Assembly (NCBI GenBank): GCA_038087875.1
Contig: CM075990.1
Coordinates: 12,402,001 to 12,466,000, forward strand
From: Malacoraja senta
Lineage: Eukaryota
Direction: 5' to 3'
DNA: 64,000 nt
Made by a program: the position numbers and the translations under genes. How positions within the stretch are numbered: position 1 is the stretch's first letter; the number at the start of each line of letters is the position of its first letter. Shown piece after piece: positions 12,472 through 25,820 of this stretch. The notes under the pieces were generated by a model. It was not told the origin of the DNA and searched no databases. It saw only the letters and a list, made by a program, of their open reading frames with translations.

Positions 12472-12950
12472 TCCGAGTCACTTGCGGGTTGGTAGTTTAA
12501 TGGGGCCACTGTAGTGTTGCTAGTGTAGGTGAGAGGTCGGGTGATTGAACTGCGGGAACAATAAAACGGGATTCACGTAGGATTAGTGCAAAAGCTCTAC
12601 AGCTCCTTCCCGACTGAGACAAGATAATTTAGCCAAGATGGGGAACAGCGCTATCCCACGACAGAGGGCTTCATACTGAACAATCGGACTGTTCTAGGTC
12701 CCTTTTCTACTGAGTTACCTTGTAAACCTTACCTGGTTAACTGTTTTAGCCAGTGTTAATGAATGCTTCATATTGATCGATAAGGTTTAATTTCCCAGGT
12801 AGAGATCTTGACTAAATTAGGATCTGAAATTAATATTAAATTCATTTACAGCCCAGTAAAGATCATCTGTTTCCTCACTTGTAAATGTGGTGTTTCCAAG
12901 ATCCGTGGCTCTGTCAGTGTTTTTTGTTGAATTATTTTCATTGCATCTTT

Positions 12951-13220
12951 TTATTTATTTTTTATTTTTATTTTATTAGAAGTAAGTACAATAATGTGGC
13001 ACCAAGATGCCTAATATATATTGACGTGTTACATTTTAAGTACAGCTTCTTATTTTTTAATGATAAAAGAAAGAGAGAATAGATAATAAAAAAAAGAAAA
13101 ACGTGTGATGTATGGTGTGTGAAAAGGAAAAGGGGGAAAGAGGAAAAGTGGAGAAAAGAAAAGGAGAGCGAAAGAGAAAGAGTAGAGCGTTGGAGATTAT
13201 AGGAGGTCGTTATTTATTTA
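12951..13220 (-). mobile_element. L1-like 3'UTR/poly(A) fragment
   Basis: Tail ..TACTTCTAATAAAATAAAA shared with the L1 copies below; 13-bp TSD TCATTGCATCTTT (12938-12950, 13221-13233). Confidence 0.7.
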
Positions 13221-13634
13221 TCATTGCATCTTTAATTCTGTAAAACATCTATGATCATTTCTCAGGATAGTTCTACAGTTTAGTTTGGAGATACAGGGTG
13301 TAAATCGGCCATTCGGCCCATCGAGTCCGTGCCGGCCAGCGATCACCTGTGTACTAGTTCTGCCCTACACACTATGTACAATTTTTACAAAGCCTATTAA
13401 CCTACAAACCTGCACGTCCTTGGAGTGTGGGAGGAAACCGGAGAACCTGTGGAAAGCCCACGCAGTCACAGGGAGAACGTGCAAACTCCGTACAGGTAGC
13501 ACCCATAGTCAGGATCAAACTCGGGTCTCTGGTGCAGTGAGGTATGTCTATCACACCTCCAAGGAATGGTGTGGGATAGAGTTACTAGGTTAGTCAAATA
13601 GCGACAAGCATTGTTCCAAAGATGTGTGTTCATA

Positions 13635-13920
13635 ACTTCATAAAACATAGGAGTAGAATTAGGCCATTCGGCCCATCGAGTCTGCTCCACCATTCAAACA
13701 TGGCTAATCGATCTTTTCCTCTCAGTCCCTTTTTCCTGCCTTCCCCTGTAACATTTGACACCCTTGCTAATCTGTAACCTATCTATCTCCGCTTTAAAAA
13801 TACCCAATGACGTGGCCTCCGCAGCCGTCTGTGGCAATGAATTCCACAGATTCACCACCATCTGGCTAAAGAAATTCCTTCCCATCTCCATTCGCAAGGT
13901 ACATCCTTTTATTCTGAGGT
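13635..13920 (-). mobile_element. CR1 LINE 3' fragment
   Basis: NFFSQMVVNLWNSLP...FKAEID motif and tail. Confidence 0.8.
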
Positions 13921-15399
13921 TGTGGAGCTGTGGGGAAGCAGTTCTTCCAGGTGCTGTGTAGGAAGGAACTGTAGATGCTGGTTTATACTGAAAATAGACA
14001 CAAAGTGCTGGAGTAACTCAGCGGGCCAGGCAGCATCTCTGGGGGAAAGGGTTCGTCACCCATCCTTTTTCTCCAGAGATGCTGCCTGACCCGCTGAGTT
14101 ACTCCAGCACTTTGTGTCTATCTTCCAGATGCCGCCTTGAAATCCTGCTCTGTTTCGAGAGGAATTCACACAAAGGATCCCTGCTCCTCGTTAGAGATGG
14201 TGATGAAGGTCAGCCTTAACCCTGGTGTTAAAGAGGAGAGTCGTTTTGTCATTCATGCCGGTGTTTCATTCAGACACGCACAACCGCTGATGCGAGTCTA
14301 CTTTCCAATCTGCCAGGAAATGGGTTTAGCACTGATAGCAATCCTGTCAATGCCTCAATGGTTTCCTTTTACTGCACAACTTTTCTGAAATCCCTCAGTC
14401 TAAACAACTTGGCAAATCCCCTTCACTTTCTTTCACGTAACTGCGCATGGTTTGGCTCAGACTTTTCACCCCAAATCCGCCCATGCCTTTAACGTCACCG
14501 TGTTTTTCAACCACGCCTTGTCCATGGACATGCATCCCACTGACAAGTGGGATTGCTGAGTGGTTGGAACGCATGTTTTGAACGGCACTTAACTGCGTTT
14601 TGTTAGTAAAGTGCAAATTCTGCGTGATCACTGTTTATTACCAGCAGGTGAAAAGAACAACTTTGTCCGTAGGATTGAGTTCCACTGAAGTCCAACTTAA
14701 GTGTGTCTCTACTGTGACTCAGAAGCTAAATGAAAAGTCCAAGCAGTTTAATTGAATCTTAACTTGATGAAAATAACTCATTGTGGGTTGATGTAATAAC
14801 CATTAACTCCAATTGAACAAAAATCTCATAATCTCACCTGTGTTGGAAGGAACTATAGATGCTGGTTTATACTGAAGATAGACACCCAATGCTGGAGTAA
14901 CTCAGCGGGTCAGGCAGCATCTCTGGAGGAAAGGAATAGGTGACGTTTCGAGTCTGAAGATGCTTCAGATGCTGCCTGACCTGCTAAGTTCCTCCAGCAT
15001 TGTGTGTCCATCTTTGGTATAAATCAGCATCTGCAGTTCCTTCCTACACATAGAGTGAAGGACAGATTAGATAAACTTTCCCCTGAAGCTTGGAAGTGCA
15101 TTTGTTTTAAGCGGCTTGATCTTATTTAAACAGTCAGCTGCGAGCGAGGTGGTGTACCGTAAATATTGTTAATCAGGTGCAAATGTATGAGAATTAGCAA
15201 AACACAGATAGAGAATTAGAATGTAGAAACAAAGAACTGCAGATGCCGGTTAATACACAAAAGGAGAGGCAAAGTTCTGGAGTAACTCAGCAAGTCAGGC
15301 AGCATCTCTGGAGAACATGGCTAGATGACGATTCAGGTCGAGACTGAAGAAGAAGGGCCCCGGCCCAAATTGTCACTGATCGATGTTCTCCAGAGATGG

Positions 15400-15987
15400 A
15401 CAATAGACAATAGGTGCAGGAGTAGGCCATTCGGCCCTTCGAGCCAGCACCGCCATTCAATGTGATCATGGCTGATCATCCCCAATCAGTACCCCGTTCC
15501 TGCCTTCATCTCATATCCCCTGACTCTGCTATTTTTAAGAGCCCTATCTAGCTCTCTCTTGAAAGTATCCAGAGAACCTGCCTCCACCGCTCTCTGAGGC
15601 AGAAAATTCCACAGACTCACCACTCTCTGTGAGAAAAAGTGTTTCCTCGTCTCCGTTCTAAATGGCTTACTCCTTATTCTTAAACTGTGGCCCCTGGTTC
15701 TGGTCTCCCCCAACATCGGGAACATGTTTCCTGCCTCTAACGTGTCCAAGCCCTTAACATTCTTATATGTTTCAATGAGATCACCTCTCATCCTTCTAAA
15801 CTCCAGAGTGTACAAGCCCAGCTGCCCCATTCTCTCAGCATATGACAGTCCCGCCATCCCGGGAATTAACCTTGTAAACCTACGCTGCACTCCCTCAATA
15901 GCAAGAATGTCCTTCCTCAAATTAGGGGACCAAAACTGCACACAATACTCCAGGTGTGGTCTCACTAGGGCCCTGTACAACTGCAGA
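15400..15987 (-). mobile_element. CR1 LINE 3' fragment (open ORF2 C-terminus) inserted in a palindromic element
   Basis: YRALVRPHLEYCVQFWSP...RRMRGDLIETYK...RTRGHS...FFSQRVV; short tandem tail. Confidence 0.92.
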
Positions 15988-17174
15988 ATGCTGCCTGATG
16001 TGCTGAATTACTCCAGCCCTTTGTATCCTTTAGAGAATTAGGACTTTATTAACGCAGTGATCGAAAATAACCCAATTAAAATAGTGCTCAATACAAACTC
16101 AATATTATCTTTCCAAATTGCTTGAGTAAATTGAATCTTGTAAGTTGAAGCACCGTAAGAAGCCATGGAGTCTACCGAGTCCTCGATGCCCCCTGCAGTG
16201 CAGTCCAGCACCTTACCCCAGGCTCTTTCCTTCAATCAGCATAAGTTATCTTTCCTCAATTACGTACCCAATTTCCGTTTACAAACCCAGATTAACACTT
16301 GCATCCCCCACCTCTGCAGGCCACGTGTTCAGGAGAAAAGCCACCCATGAAAAAAGTGATTCCCTGCACTTTGGACCAGTTTATTGATACAACCACGTTA
16401 ACTGGTCCTTCGGCCCACCGCATCCACGCCAACCATTGACCATCCGTTCATACCAAATCTATGTTATCCCACTTTCTCGTCAGCTCCCTACACAATTTTA
16501 TAGAGGCCAAATAACCTGAATATCTTTGGAAGAATGTGCAAACTCCACACAGACAGAACCCGAGGTCAGGTTCGAACCCAGGTCTCTGGCGCTGTGAGGC
16601 AGTCGCACGACCAGCTGCACCACTCTGATGCACTGTGTCACTCTGGTATGTGTGCAGTGAAAGAGAATTATTGGTATTGTTCAAAATGTTTCCTTTGTTG
16701 AAAGACTGCTCAGTAACTGAAAGAACTGCAATATAAGAACCACATTGACAAAGGTGCAGAAAGATATCTGAAATTTAAATGACACCACTTGTTCCTGTAA
16801 ATTCTTTAGAACTATATAATGTTAGTCATTCCTTCCTTTGTTCTGTTGCATTGCCTCTTATGTTGAGGAGAACACTTTGAGCAGGACTTTGGAGATAAAC
16901 TAATGTAAGTGGAGTGTGTAGAAAGGAACTGCAGATGCTGGCTTATACTTAAGATAGACACAAAGTGCTGGAGTAACTCAGTGGGTCAGGCAGTATCTGG
17001 AGAAAAAGGAGGGGTGACGTTTCGGGTTGGGACCCTTCTACTTGGAAGTGGAGGTAAATGGAGCTTACAGAGGCCTAGCCACACATTGTGGGCTGAATGG
17101 CCTCCTATGCTATATGATTCCATGTGAACAAGGACAACACTTCTGCACCATGAGCGGACTCCAGCAATGATGTG

Positions 17175-17383
17175 TGTGGGAAGGAACTGCAGATGCTGGT
17201 TTACATCGAAGATAGACACAAAAAGCTGGAGTAACTCAGCGGGACAGGCAGCATCTCTGGAGAGAAGGAATGGGTGACGTTTCGGGTCTGAAGAAGGGTC
17301 TCAACCCCGAAACGTCACCCATTCCTTCTCTCCAGAGATGCTGCCTGTCCCGCAGAGTTACTCCAGTTTTTGGTGTCTATCTT
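17175..17383. mobile_element. Palindromic Penelope-derived element with the best-formed type I hammerhead-like fold (17284-17320)
   Basis: GGGT-CTGAAGA-AGGGTCTCAACCCC-GAAA-CGTC-ACCC. Confidence 0.7.
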
Positions 17384-17869
17384 GAAGGTTAAGGTGTTTG
17401 GCAAATCTCCAGAGTTATCATACAGCAGGGAGGTCAACATTAGTGCACATTAGCAACTTAATTTGTCTCCGACAGCAGGTTAATCAGAATTTAGTTAAAA
17501 TCATGCAAATCTACCACAGTCATTGCATATGGCAATTTATTATAATAAGCATTAACAAATGTCAGTAATTGTGACTTTGGATCCTGGATGGTAAATGAGC
17601 AGATGAGAACTACTCGTGTAACAAAGAGGTGGTGCAGATGTTCGCTTGGATTTTTGGAATAATTATGGCACTTAACCCTGGAGGGAAGGATCCCACAGAC
17701 GAGGGAACAGGGAGAATGTGGGCAGACTTTACAACTGGATAAAACAGAATATGATTTAGAAGCTTTTTAGTGTTTATCCATTTTAGTTTAGTTTAGTTTA
17801 GACATACAGCACAGAACCAGGCCCTTTGGCCCACCGAGTCTGCACCCACCAGCGACCCACACACACTAA

Positions 17870-18189
17870 TAGCCCTGTCCCACGGTACGAGTTCATTCCA
17901 AGAGTTCTCCCGAGTTTGCCCTGATTTGAACTCGGAGATTTACGGTAATGGCCACTCGACGGTACTCGGGGCTCTCGTGGACATTTTTCAACATGTTGAA
18001 AAATCTTCACGAGTCTTCCCGTGCTTACCTGGCGTTAGCGAGTCTTCCCGAGTACCTGCCGTTAGCGCTAAGAGACGTCCCCGAGCTCCGACGTACCCGC
18101 TACGTTCATTCTCCGTGCTTACCATGAGTTTGATTTTTTTAAAACTCGGGAGAGCTCTTGGAATGAACTCGTACCGTGGGACAGGGCTT
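17870..18189. mobile_element. PIF/Harbinger-like MITE inserted in a SINE
   Basis: TIRs AGCCCTGTCCCACGGTACGAGTTCATTCCAAGAG.. with TAA/TTA flanks; the SINE resumes (CACTATCC) after the element. Confidence 0.8.
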
Positions 18190-19599
18190 TTACACTATCC
18201 TACACTCTAGTGACAATTTACATTTACACCAAGCCTATTAACTTACAAACATGTACATCTTTGCAGTGTGGGAGGAAGCCAAAGATCTCGGAGAAAATCC
18301 ACGCGGTCACTGGGTGAACGAACAAACAGCACGCGTAGTCAGGATCGAACCCGGGTGTCTTGCGCTGCAAGGCGGCAACTCTACAGCTGCACCACAGTGC
18401 CACCCTAAGTTACAAGTTTCATTAAAAAAGTTTCATTTTATTTTCATTAAACTCTCCAACCATTTCCAGTATAACAAGGCAACTTAGGTCTGTTTGTGCT
18501 TCAGCTTTTGACCAGGGGATTTGTTCTAGAAAGGCCTAGAATTGTAGAATTTATTTATGGTACAGACAGACTCTTAATCAATAAATATCCGCAGATTACA
18601 AAGCATACGGCCAATCCAAACGCTGGTTTAATTCCATGATATTCCTTTATCTGAACGTCTACATATTCGTCAAAATTCCCGCCCTAGCAGTCTGGATCTG
18701 AAGCTGATTGAGGAGTTTCCACAGTAACAGCGTTTCATGTCCAAGTCCCAATAAGAATTAGATAAGAGATAGCCGTCAGTGGAAGTTAAACTGGTGTTTA
18801 ACTGGCGCTCAGCCACGCCATGTGCCTTTCTGGAATCCTCCCATATAATAAATGAAGCATCACATCGTTAATTTACATTATGGCTGCTCAAAGGCTGCCA
18901 TTAGCTCCTCTGGCTTGCCACTTTCTGGTGGGGTGGGGTGCAGCGATTGAACAGTCCCGATACGATTCCCGTGATGCATTCTGCTCGGCACTGATCCATA
19001 TTGGGATCTGAAAATGAACATGAAAAGCAACCGAGCATTTCACACGGGTAAACTTTTGCAGTTTGAATTTGTGCAATGTGTAGAACAAGAGGCTGTGAGC
19101 TGACAGCTTGTTTTACAATGCAGCGAGAGATACAGTTTCCAACCCAGCACTTTTTGCAGTCTCGTGCTGATTGAACAAACTTTGCAGCCAATTAGTTATT
19201 TTCCAAAGCACACAGTGGTCTCTGTTGCAAAGTGAGGAAGGAGCAGGGGACTGAGCCATCATTCCACAGGGTATGCGGGGCAAGTTGCAGAATAAATTTT
19301 AAATGTGCGATGGGGTGGGAAGCCTTTGGCATAGATAGCAACATTGAGGTGGGTGGAAGATTGGCTGTTTCACAGCAAACAAAGAGCAAGCAGAATGGGT
19401 CATTTTCAGAATTGGGAAAGTGTAATGAATGTTCTGCTATAGAATTGGCACTGGAGCCTCAACTTCCTAAAAATGTATATAGATGAATTGGATAAAGGCA
19501 CTGGAGACAAAATTGGTAAATTTGCTGATGACTCAAAACTAGACAGGAAAATTCAATGATACTTTATTGTCACATGTACCCAGGTACAGCCATGGAACT

Positions 19600-20305
19600 G
19601 AAGATGGTGTTAGGTAAATTGTTGGGACTGAATGCAGATAAATCCCCAGGGCCTGATGGTGTGCTTCCCAGAGTACTCAAGGAGGTGGCCCTAGAAATCG
19701 TGGTTGCATTGGTGATCATTTTCCAATGTTCTCTCGACTCTGGATCAGTTCCTGTGGACTGGAGGGTAGCCAATGTAACTCCACTTTTTAAGACAGGAAG
19801 GAGAGAGAAAACAGGCAATTATAGACCAGTCTGAAGAAGGGTTTTCGACCCGAAACGTTGCCTATTTCCTTCGCTCCATAGATGCTGCTGCACCCGCTGA
19901 GTTTCTCAAGCATTTTTTGTGTACCTATAGACCAGTCATACATCGGTAGTGGGGAAGATGCTTGAGTTAAAGATGTTAGCAGCGCATTTGGAAAGCAGTG
20001 ACAGGATCGGTTAAGTCAGCATGGATTTATGAAGGGGAAACCATACATGACTAATCTTCTGGAATTTTTTTGAGGATGTAACCAGTAGAATGGATAAGGG
20101 AAAGCCATTGGATGTGGTGTATCTGGACTTTCAAAAAGCCTTTGACAAGGTCCCACACAACAGATTAGCGTGCAAAATTAGAGCACATGGTATTGGCGGT
20201 AGGGTATTGAGATGGATAGAGAACTGGTTGGCAGACAGGAAGCAAAGAGAAAGGTAGACAGTGACTAGTGCCGCAAGGCTCGGTGCTGGGACCCCAGTTA
20301 TTTAC
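19600..20305 (+). mobile_element. CR1 LINE ORF2 reverse-transcriptase fragment (degenerate), interrupted by a half palindromic element at ~19832-19925
   Basis: KSPGPDG..PRVLKE..WRVANVTPLFK..NYRPV; YLDFQKAFDKV; PQGSVLGP. Confidence 0.9.
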
Positions 20306-20371
20306 TATCTATATACTTTTAAGAGTGTGTGAGTGTGTGTGTGTGTGTGTGTGTGAGTGCGTGTGTGCGTG

Positions 20372-20402
<31 letters not shown>

Positions 20403-20483
20403 AAAATTAGACGCAAAAACGTGGAGATTTTTACATATTTCGGTAGGGATTTAACTTATGATTTCGGAAATCCACTACTCTTA

Positions 20484-21922
20484 ATTATTATTATTATTGT
20501 TTTTAATTTTTATTTATTAGAAGTACATTACATTACAACCAATTACATTAGTACTCATCACGTATATCTTATTACAATTAATGTACTCCGTCATTTTTTA
20601 CACTAATAAAAAGGAAAGGTTGAGATTAAGGAAACAGAGAAAGTGAAGGAAAATAGTGAAGGTGTAAAAACGTGACAACAAGAAAGAACAGAGACCCTGT
20701 AGAAAAGAAATTAAAAAGAAAGGATTAAGAGATAGACCCTAAAGAAGAAAAAAAAGAGAAAGAGGAAAAAAGAGAAAAACAAATACTTTGTTATAAGCAT
20801 CACGCAAATGGGACATACCAACTCTCCAGCTTTCATCCCCCTTTACCTGACCTCAGTTTTTTTTTAAGTACTTTTGCACCCTATACTTGTAATAATTCTA
20901 TAAATGCAGACCACGTCAGGTGGAAGTGATCTGGTTTACCTGCCAGGAGGAATCTTATCTCTTCTAGGTGTAATGTTTCAAACATATTTGAAATCCACAT
21001 GTTAATAGTTGGTATTGGAGCGTTTTTCCAGAAAATTTTATTAATTTTAGTTTTTGAATAATATAATCTATGTAAATTTTATGTAATCTATGTAAAATTT
21101 TAAATTGTATTAAAGTGTGTCTTACATTAATCAAACATTTATGCATGTTTAATAAATGTTCATTCCACCTTTCCTTTGAGATTTTAATAGCTAATTCTTG
21201 TTCCCAGTCTCTTCTAATACCTTCCGTAGATGGTATTTCTACATTTAAGATAATATTATACAAATATGATATTAAGTTTGCTGATTCAGCTTTTATCTGC
21301 ATTGCTTCATCCAATACATCTGCTGGGATATTATAATGATCTTTTGTATATTTTTTCAAATAGTCACATATTTGAAAATATTTAAAATATTGATTATTTC
21401 CCAGTTTATATTTTATTTGTAATTGTTGGAATGATAGTAATTTTCCAGTTTCGTACAGAAGTTTAAAAAAAAATTGGACTCAGACATTACTAATTTTATA
21501 TGGGACTATAAATCCCATAGAATACAGAGAACACACTTGAACAAACCTAAAGTATTAGGGGGCTTAGCACTCCCTAACTTCATGTATTATTATTGGTCAG
21601 TAAATATTAAAAATATGATCCAACTGATGGACAACTCTGCCCAGCAAGTGGACTGGATTGTAATGGAGAGAGAGGACTGCTCCTCTGGTAACATTGGAGC
21701 GATCCTCCTCTCACCAATGAAACTGAATAACATAAATTATAACAAAAACCCAATTATACATAGTACAATCAGAACTTGGAAACAAATAAAACAAAATTTA
21801 AAATTAAGAAATCTATCGCTTTTATCTCCAATAGTTAATAACCCTTCGTTTAATCCCTCTATTACAGACAAATCTTTTATACAATGGGATAGACTACGAA
21901 TTAAAACGTTCGGTGACTTGTA
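20484..21922. mobile_element. L1-clade LINE with 5' inversion (3' part on - strand 20484-~21458, inverted part on + strand ~21459-21922)
   Basis: GGLALPNF..YYW motif. The + part ends ...FGDLY and the - part begins LYETGKLLSFQQL; poly(A)-like tail at ~20484-20520. Confidence 0.85.
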
Positions 21923-22621
21923 TTTCCCCAGATTTTGAATAAAATTGTTCACAAATCTCACTTTAAAAAAAAAATCACCGCTTGCCAGCTGCTGACGTCA
22001 CAATGCCCACATGCCCACCAATCAAAGCCCATCTGCCTCCTGGTCCCGCCCCCCTCCCGCCGCTGTGGATTAATGCAGCTGCTGTCAATGCGCATGCGCA
22101 GTTTTCCACGAGGTACGTTACTCCACCCACCCCCCCTTCTTCAAAAGGCGCAGAAAGAACGAGAATGTTCTGCAGCAAAGATCCTAGAGCTGCGCTCAGC
22201 TATAGGATCTTTGTTCTGCAGATGGCTCACGCGCTGAACCCTTCTCCTCACTGTCGGCTCAGCTCTTGGAGCCCCGCCCCTCCCATCCCATCTCATTCCA
22301 GCTATGGGTTTCCACAGAGTCAGAAGCCACTTCTGTCTCCGCATTTCGCAGCGCACTCACTCGCCCGGCTCCCCTCCAACCCCCCCCCTTCCTCTTCTCA
22401 CCTCCTCCCCTCTCCTCCTTCCCTCTCTCCCCTCTCCTCTCTACCCATCACAGGGGATGACCTCCTCTCCGGGGAGGCCCGATCGTCTGTCCCCCAGCCC
22501 GGCCAGGCCCGGCTCTGTCACACTGGTGGGTGCGTTTACCTTTGCGGAAGCCACAATCGGCTGGTCCCCCCGCTGCTTTTCACCGTCCTCAGATTGCTCC
22601 ATGCCTCGCTCGGGCTGCCGT

Positions 22622-22646
22622 CTCCCTCCTCTCTCTCTCTCTCCTG

Positions 22647-22714
<68 letters not shown>

Positions 22715-22845
22715 CCTCTCTCCCCTCTCTCCCCTCTATCTCTCTCTCTCTCTCTCTCTCTCCCTCCCCCCCTCTCTGCCCCCCTCTCCTCTGTCTCCCC
22801 ATTCTCTCTCTGTCCTCATTCTCTACCCCCCCCTCCTCCCTCTCT
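22622..22845. repeat. (CT)n / polypyrimidine low-complexity tract
   Basis: Direct observation. Confidence 0.95.
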
Positions 22846-23546
22846 AGACGTGCCTGTGTGTTGGGGGCTATGCGTCAGTGGATAGGGCAGTTATGGGGTA
22901 AAAGGAGCAAATTAATAATATTAATATAATATCAAAGGGGTAGTTAGTGTGTGTGTGGGGGTGGTTAGTGTGTGTGTGGCACCGCATGTATAGGATAGGT
23001 GGCCATTTGGCCCATCCTTTACATGTCAGCATTGATGCTTCTGCTTCCCAGCTTTTGGTTCATAGACGTGTGGGTTACAATTGTTCAAGTTCCAGGAACA
23101 TTGCACTATAGGAGTAGGCATCTCGTGTAGTACCCCAGCTATGCTGCTTCTGCCCCTCAGGTGGATGTATATCACCCTTTGGCATGACAAGTCATCGAGT
23201 GATACAGCATGGAAACAGGCCCTACAACCCAACCGCCCACGCTGATCAAGATGCCCCATATAAGGGAGTACCATTTGCCTGCATTCGGCCCGTATCCTTC
23301 TAAACCTTTCCTATCCATGTGGCTGTACAAATAACTTGTAAATGTTGCCATTATCCTTTCCCTAGTTGTCCACAAGTTGCAAACTCCTGACCTATGTACA
23401 CATGAGACCAGTGGGATGGATTTGTGCAAACCCAGTTCATGGCGATTTGCGGCAGCACGGTGGCGCAGTGGTAGAGTTGCTGCCTCACAGCGCCAGATAC
23501 CCGGGTTTGATCATGACCACGAGTGCTGTCTGTTCAGAGTCTATAC

Positions 23547-23780
23547 CAAGGGTTCCCAACCTGGGGTAAATTTACCCTCAGGGGGTCAATTTTGCTTACC
23601 CAGGGGGTAACTTTGTTGATTCTGGATTTGTAGATATTTTTTCTCACTGACTGACTGTGTTTGGTTCTGGTATACAGGTATCTGTTCATCATTAGTTGTT
23701 CATAAATAAGTGAAATAACATTGTTATGTGCTATTAAAGTTGCCAGGTGTAAATGGGACGAAAAAGGTTGAGAATCCCTG
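23547..23780. mobile_element. hAT (Charlie-like) MITE
   Basis: TIR CAAGGGTTCCCAACC / GGTTGAGAATCCCTG; 8-bp TSD GTCTATAC / GTCTATGC. Confidence 0.8.
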
Positions 23781-24720
23781 GTCTATGCTAACCATCGATC
23801 ACATGTGCACACTAGTTCTGTGTTATCCCACATTCTATCCAATCCCTGCATACTTGGGGCCAATTAACCTACATGCCCACATGTCTTTGGGATGTGGGAG
23901 GAAACCGGAGCACCTGGAGAAAACCCACGAGGTCACAGGGAGAAAGTGCAAACTCCACACAGACCGTATATGCTTAAACAATTCAGGTAGACACATCGTA
24001 CATTCTGACAGCGATTTTGCTTCTACCACTCTATCGCAGGCACTGCATTCCAGGTCCCCCCTACTAGACCGTTGGGTCTGTTTCCCCAACACGCGGTTGC
24101 GGGTGGGGAGGTGGGGGGGGCTACTTACTTACTTACTTACTAAAGTTACTTACTTACTCGATCCACAAATATCCTCCTCAGACCCTTTCTGAAGCATTTA
24201 CCTCTTATACAAGATCTATGTCTGTCTAGAGTGGGGTTTCATATTTCCCGGGTCATTCTTGCCAGGAGAGGTTGATCCCACTGCGTTAGTGTGCTGTGCT
24301 GAGACAGGCAGGAACACCACAGAAAATAAATAAACCTTATCCTTCTGCCAACAAAGTGAAATACATATGGGTACAATGATTTACAAATTAAAATGCAGGG
24401 TAAACGTGTAACAGAAGCAGGAAAATGGGATACAAGCTAGAGCGAAAATGAAAGATGTTAAATCATTGATTTTACTGCTTGATTATGTGTATAATGATGA
24501 AACTGACTCTCAAAACGCTGGGCAACCTGATACCAGCAGCATCAGTGAAACAGCTGAAATATTCTTGCCCTGGAGAGAACATTCTTGGTGTAATAAATAA
24601 TGAAAGTGTAGGAAGCTAACAAAGGCCGACAGAACAACTGGTGTAAGTCTGTGACAGGCAAAAACAGGAGGCATCAGCAGGAGAGAGCAAGTCGGAGATC
24701 GAATTAGAGGATGACAGAGC

Positions 24721-24782
<62 letters not shown>

Positions 24783-25606
24783 TGACAGTGTCAGAGAATG
24801 AATTGGGACTGGTTGCTGATGGGTTCGGAGGAGAGCAGAAGGGTGGCCAAACGACAATATTAGAGCATGCATTAGCACAATGAAAGAAAGAGCCAGACAG
24901 TATTAGTGCAAAGAGAGAGATGGTACCGGAATATGAATTTAGAACAGTCCTGGATCCAGCTCACATTGCTGAGCGGACACAAGTCGGTATCAAGTAAATA
25001 ATATTGTTCGGTCTGGCGGATCACAAGCTGGCTGTAATGGGTGCAATTTTGTGTGTTTTGGGTGTTTACGTGAGTCTCTGTTATATCTGTCAGCTCGGTG
25101 CTGTCAGAAGCAGCAGGAACCCAGTACTTATTCCTGTTTGCGCCTCTTGTACATTTTCCAGTAAGCTGTCCTCGACCATTTTGAATATGATTTAAATGCC
25201 TTCTCACAAGTGCATCCAGCCAGTGTCTGAAGAAGGGTCTCGACCCGAAATGTCACCCATTCTTTCTATCCAGAGATACTGCCTGTTCCGCTGAGTTACT
25301 CCAGCATTTTGTGTCTATCTTCGGTGTAAACCAGCACCTGTCATTCATTCCTACACAGTAATTTTATGTGCTGCTCTTGGTACTTGGTGAGAACTCGGTG
25401 GGCCAAAGAGTTCCATGCTGTATCTCTAATCCAAACTGGCCAAGGTTTCTTCACCTGCATTCCAACAGAGCCTTGTTTTGAATTGTTGTTATAACAGCAG
25501 GAGGCTGGGTTACGGTTCCAGAGTGTTGAAGCCATGTAAACGATTTGATGAGTTCTGGAGGGTTTTTCAGCCTCGAGATGCAAACCGAGGTTGATTGCCC
25601 TTTGAC

Positions 25607-25820
25607 CAAGGGTTCCCAACCTGGGGTACATTTACCCCCAGTGGGGTAAATTTGTTGATTCTGGATTTGTACATATTTTTTCTCATTGACTGACTGTGTT
25701 TGGTTCTGGTATACCAGGTATCTGTTCATCATTAGTTGGTCATAAATAAGTGAAAATACCTTGTTATGTGCTATTAAAGTTGCCAGGGGTAAATGGGACG
25801 AAAAGGGTTGAGAACCCTTG
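25607..25820. mobile_element. hAT (Charlie-like) MITE, same family as 23547-23780 (duplicate at 38580-38793)
   Basis: Same TIRs and near-identical interior. Confidence 0.78.

Noticed and set aside
18878..19030. Minus-strand acceptor ttgcttttcatgttcattttcag| with an open frame containing SQYGSV (ITIM-like)
   Set aside because: No transmembrane or Ig exon could be linked to it; short motifs like this arise by chance.
21982..22929. Longest ORF in the track (315 aa) and overlapping ORFs
   Set aside because: Produced by (CT)n and C-rich low-complexity sequence inside a repeat, possibly Helitron-derived (unconfirmed).
24965..25560. Two minus-strand phase-compatible pseudo-exons (..VTQPPAV..LLEC; ..THYSQL..) that might follow the signal-peptide exon
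   Set aside because: Weak acceptors, no complete Ig motif pattern, and the signal exon sits inside a transposon insert.
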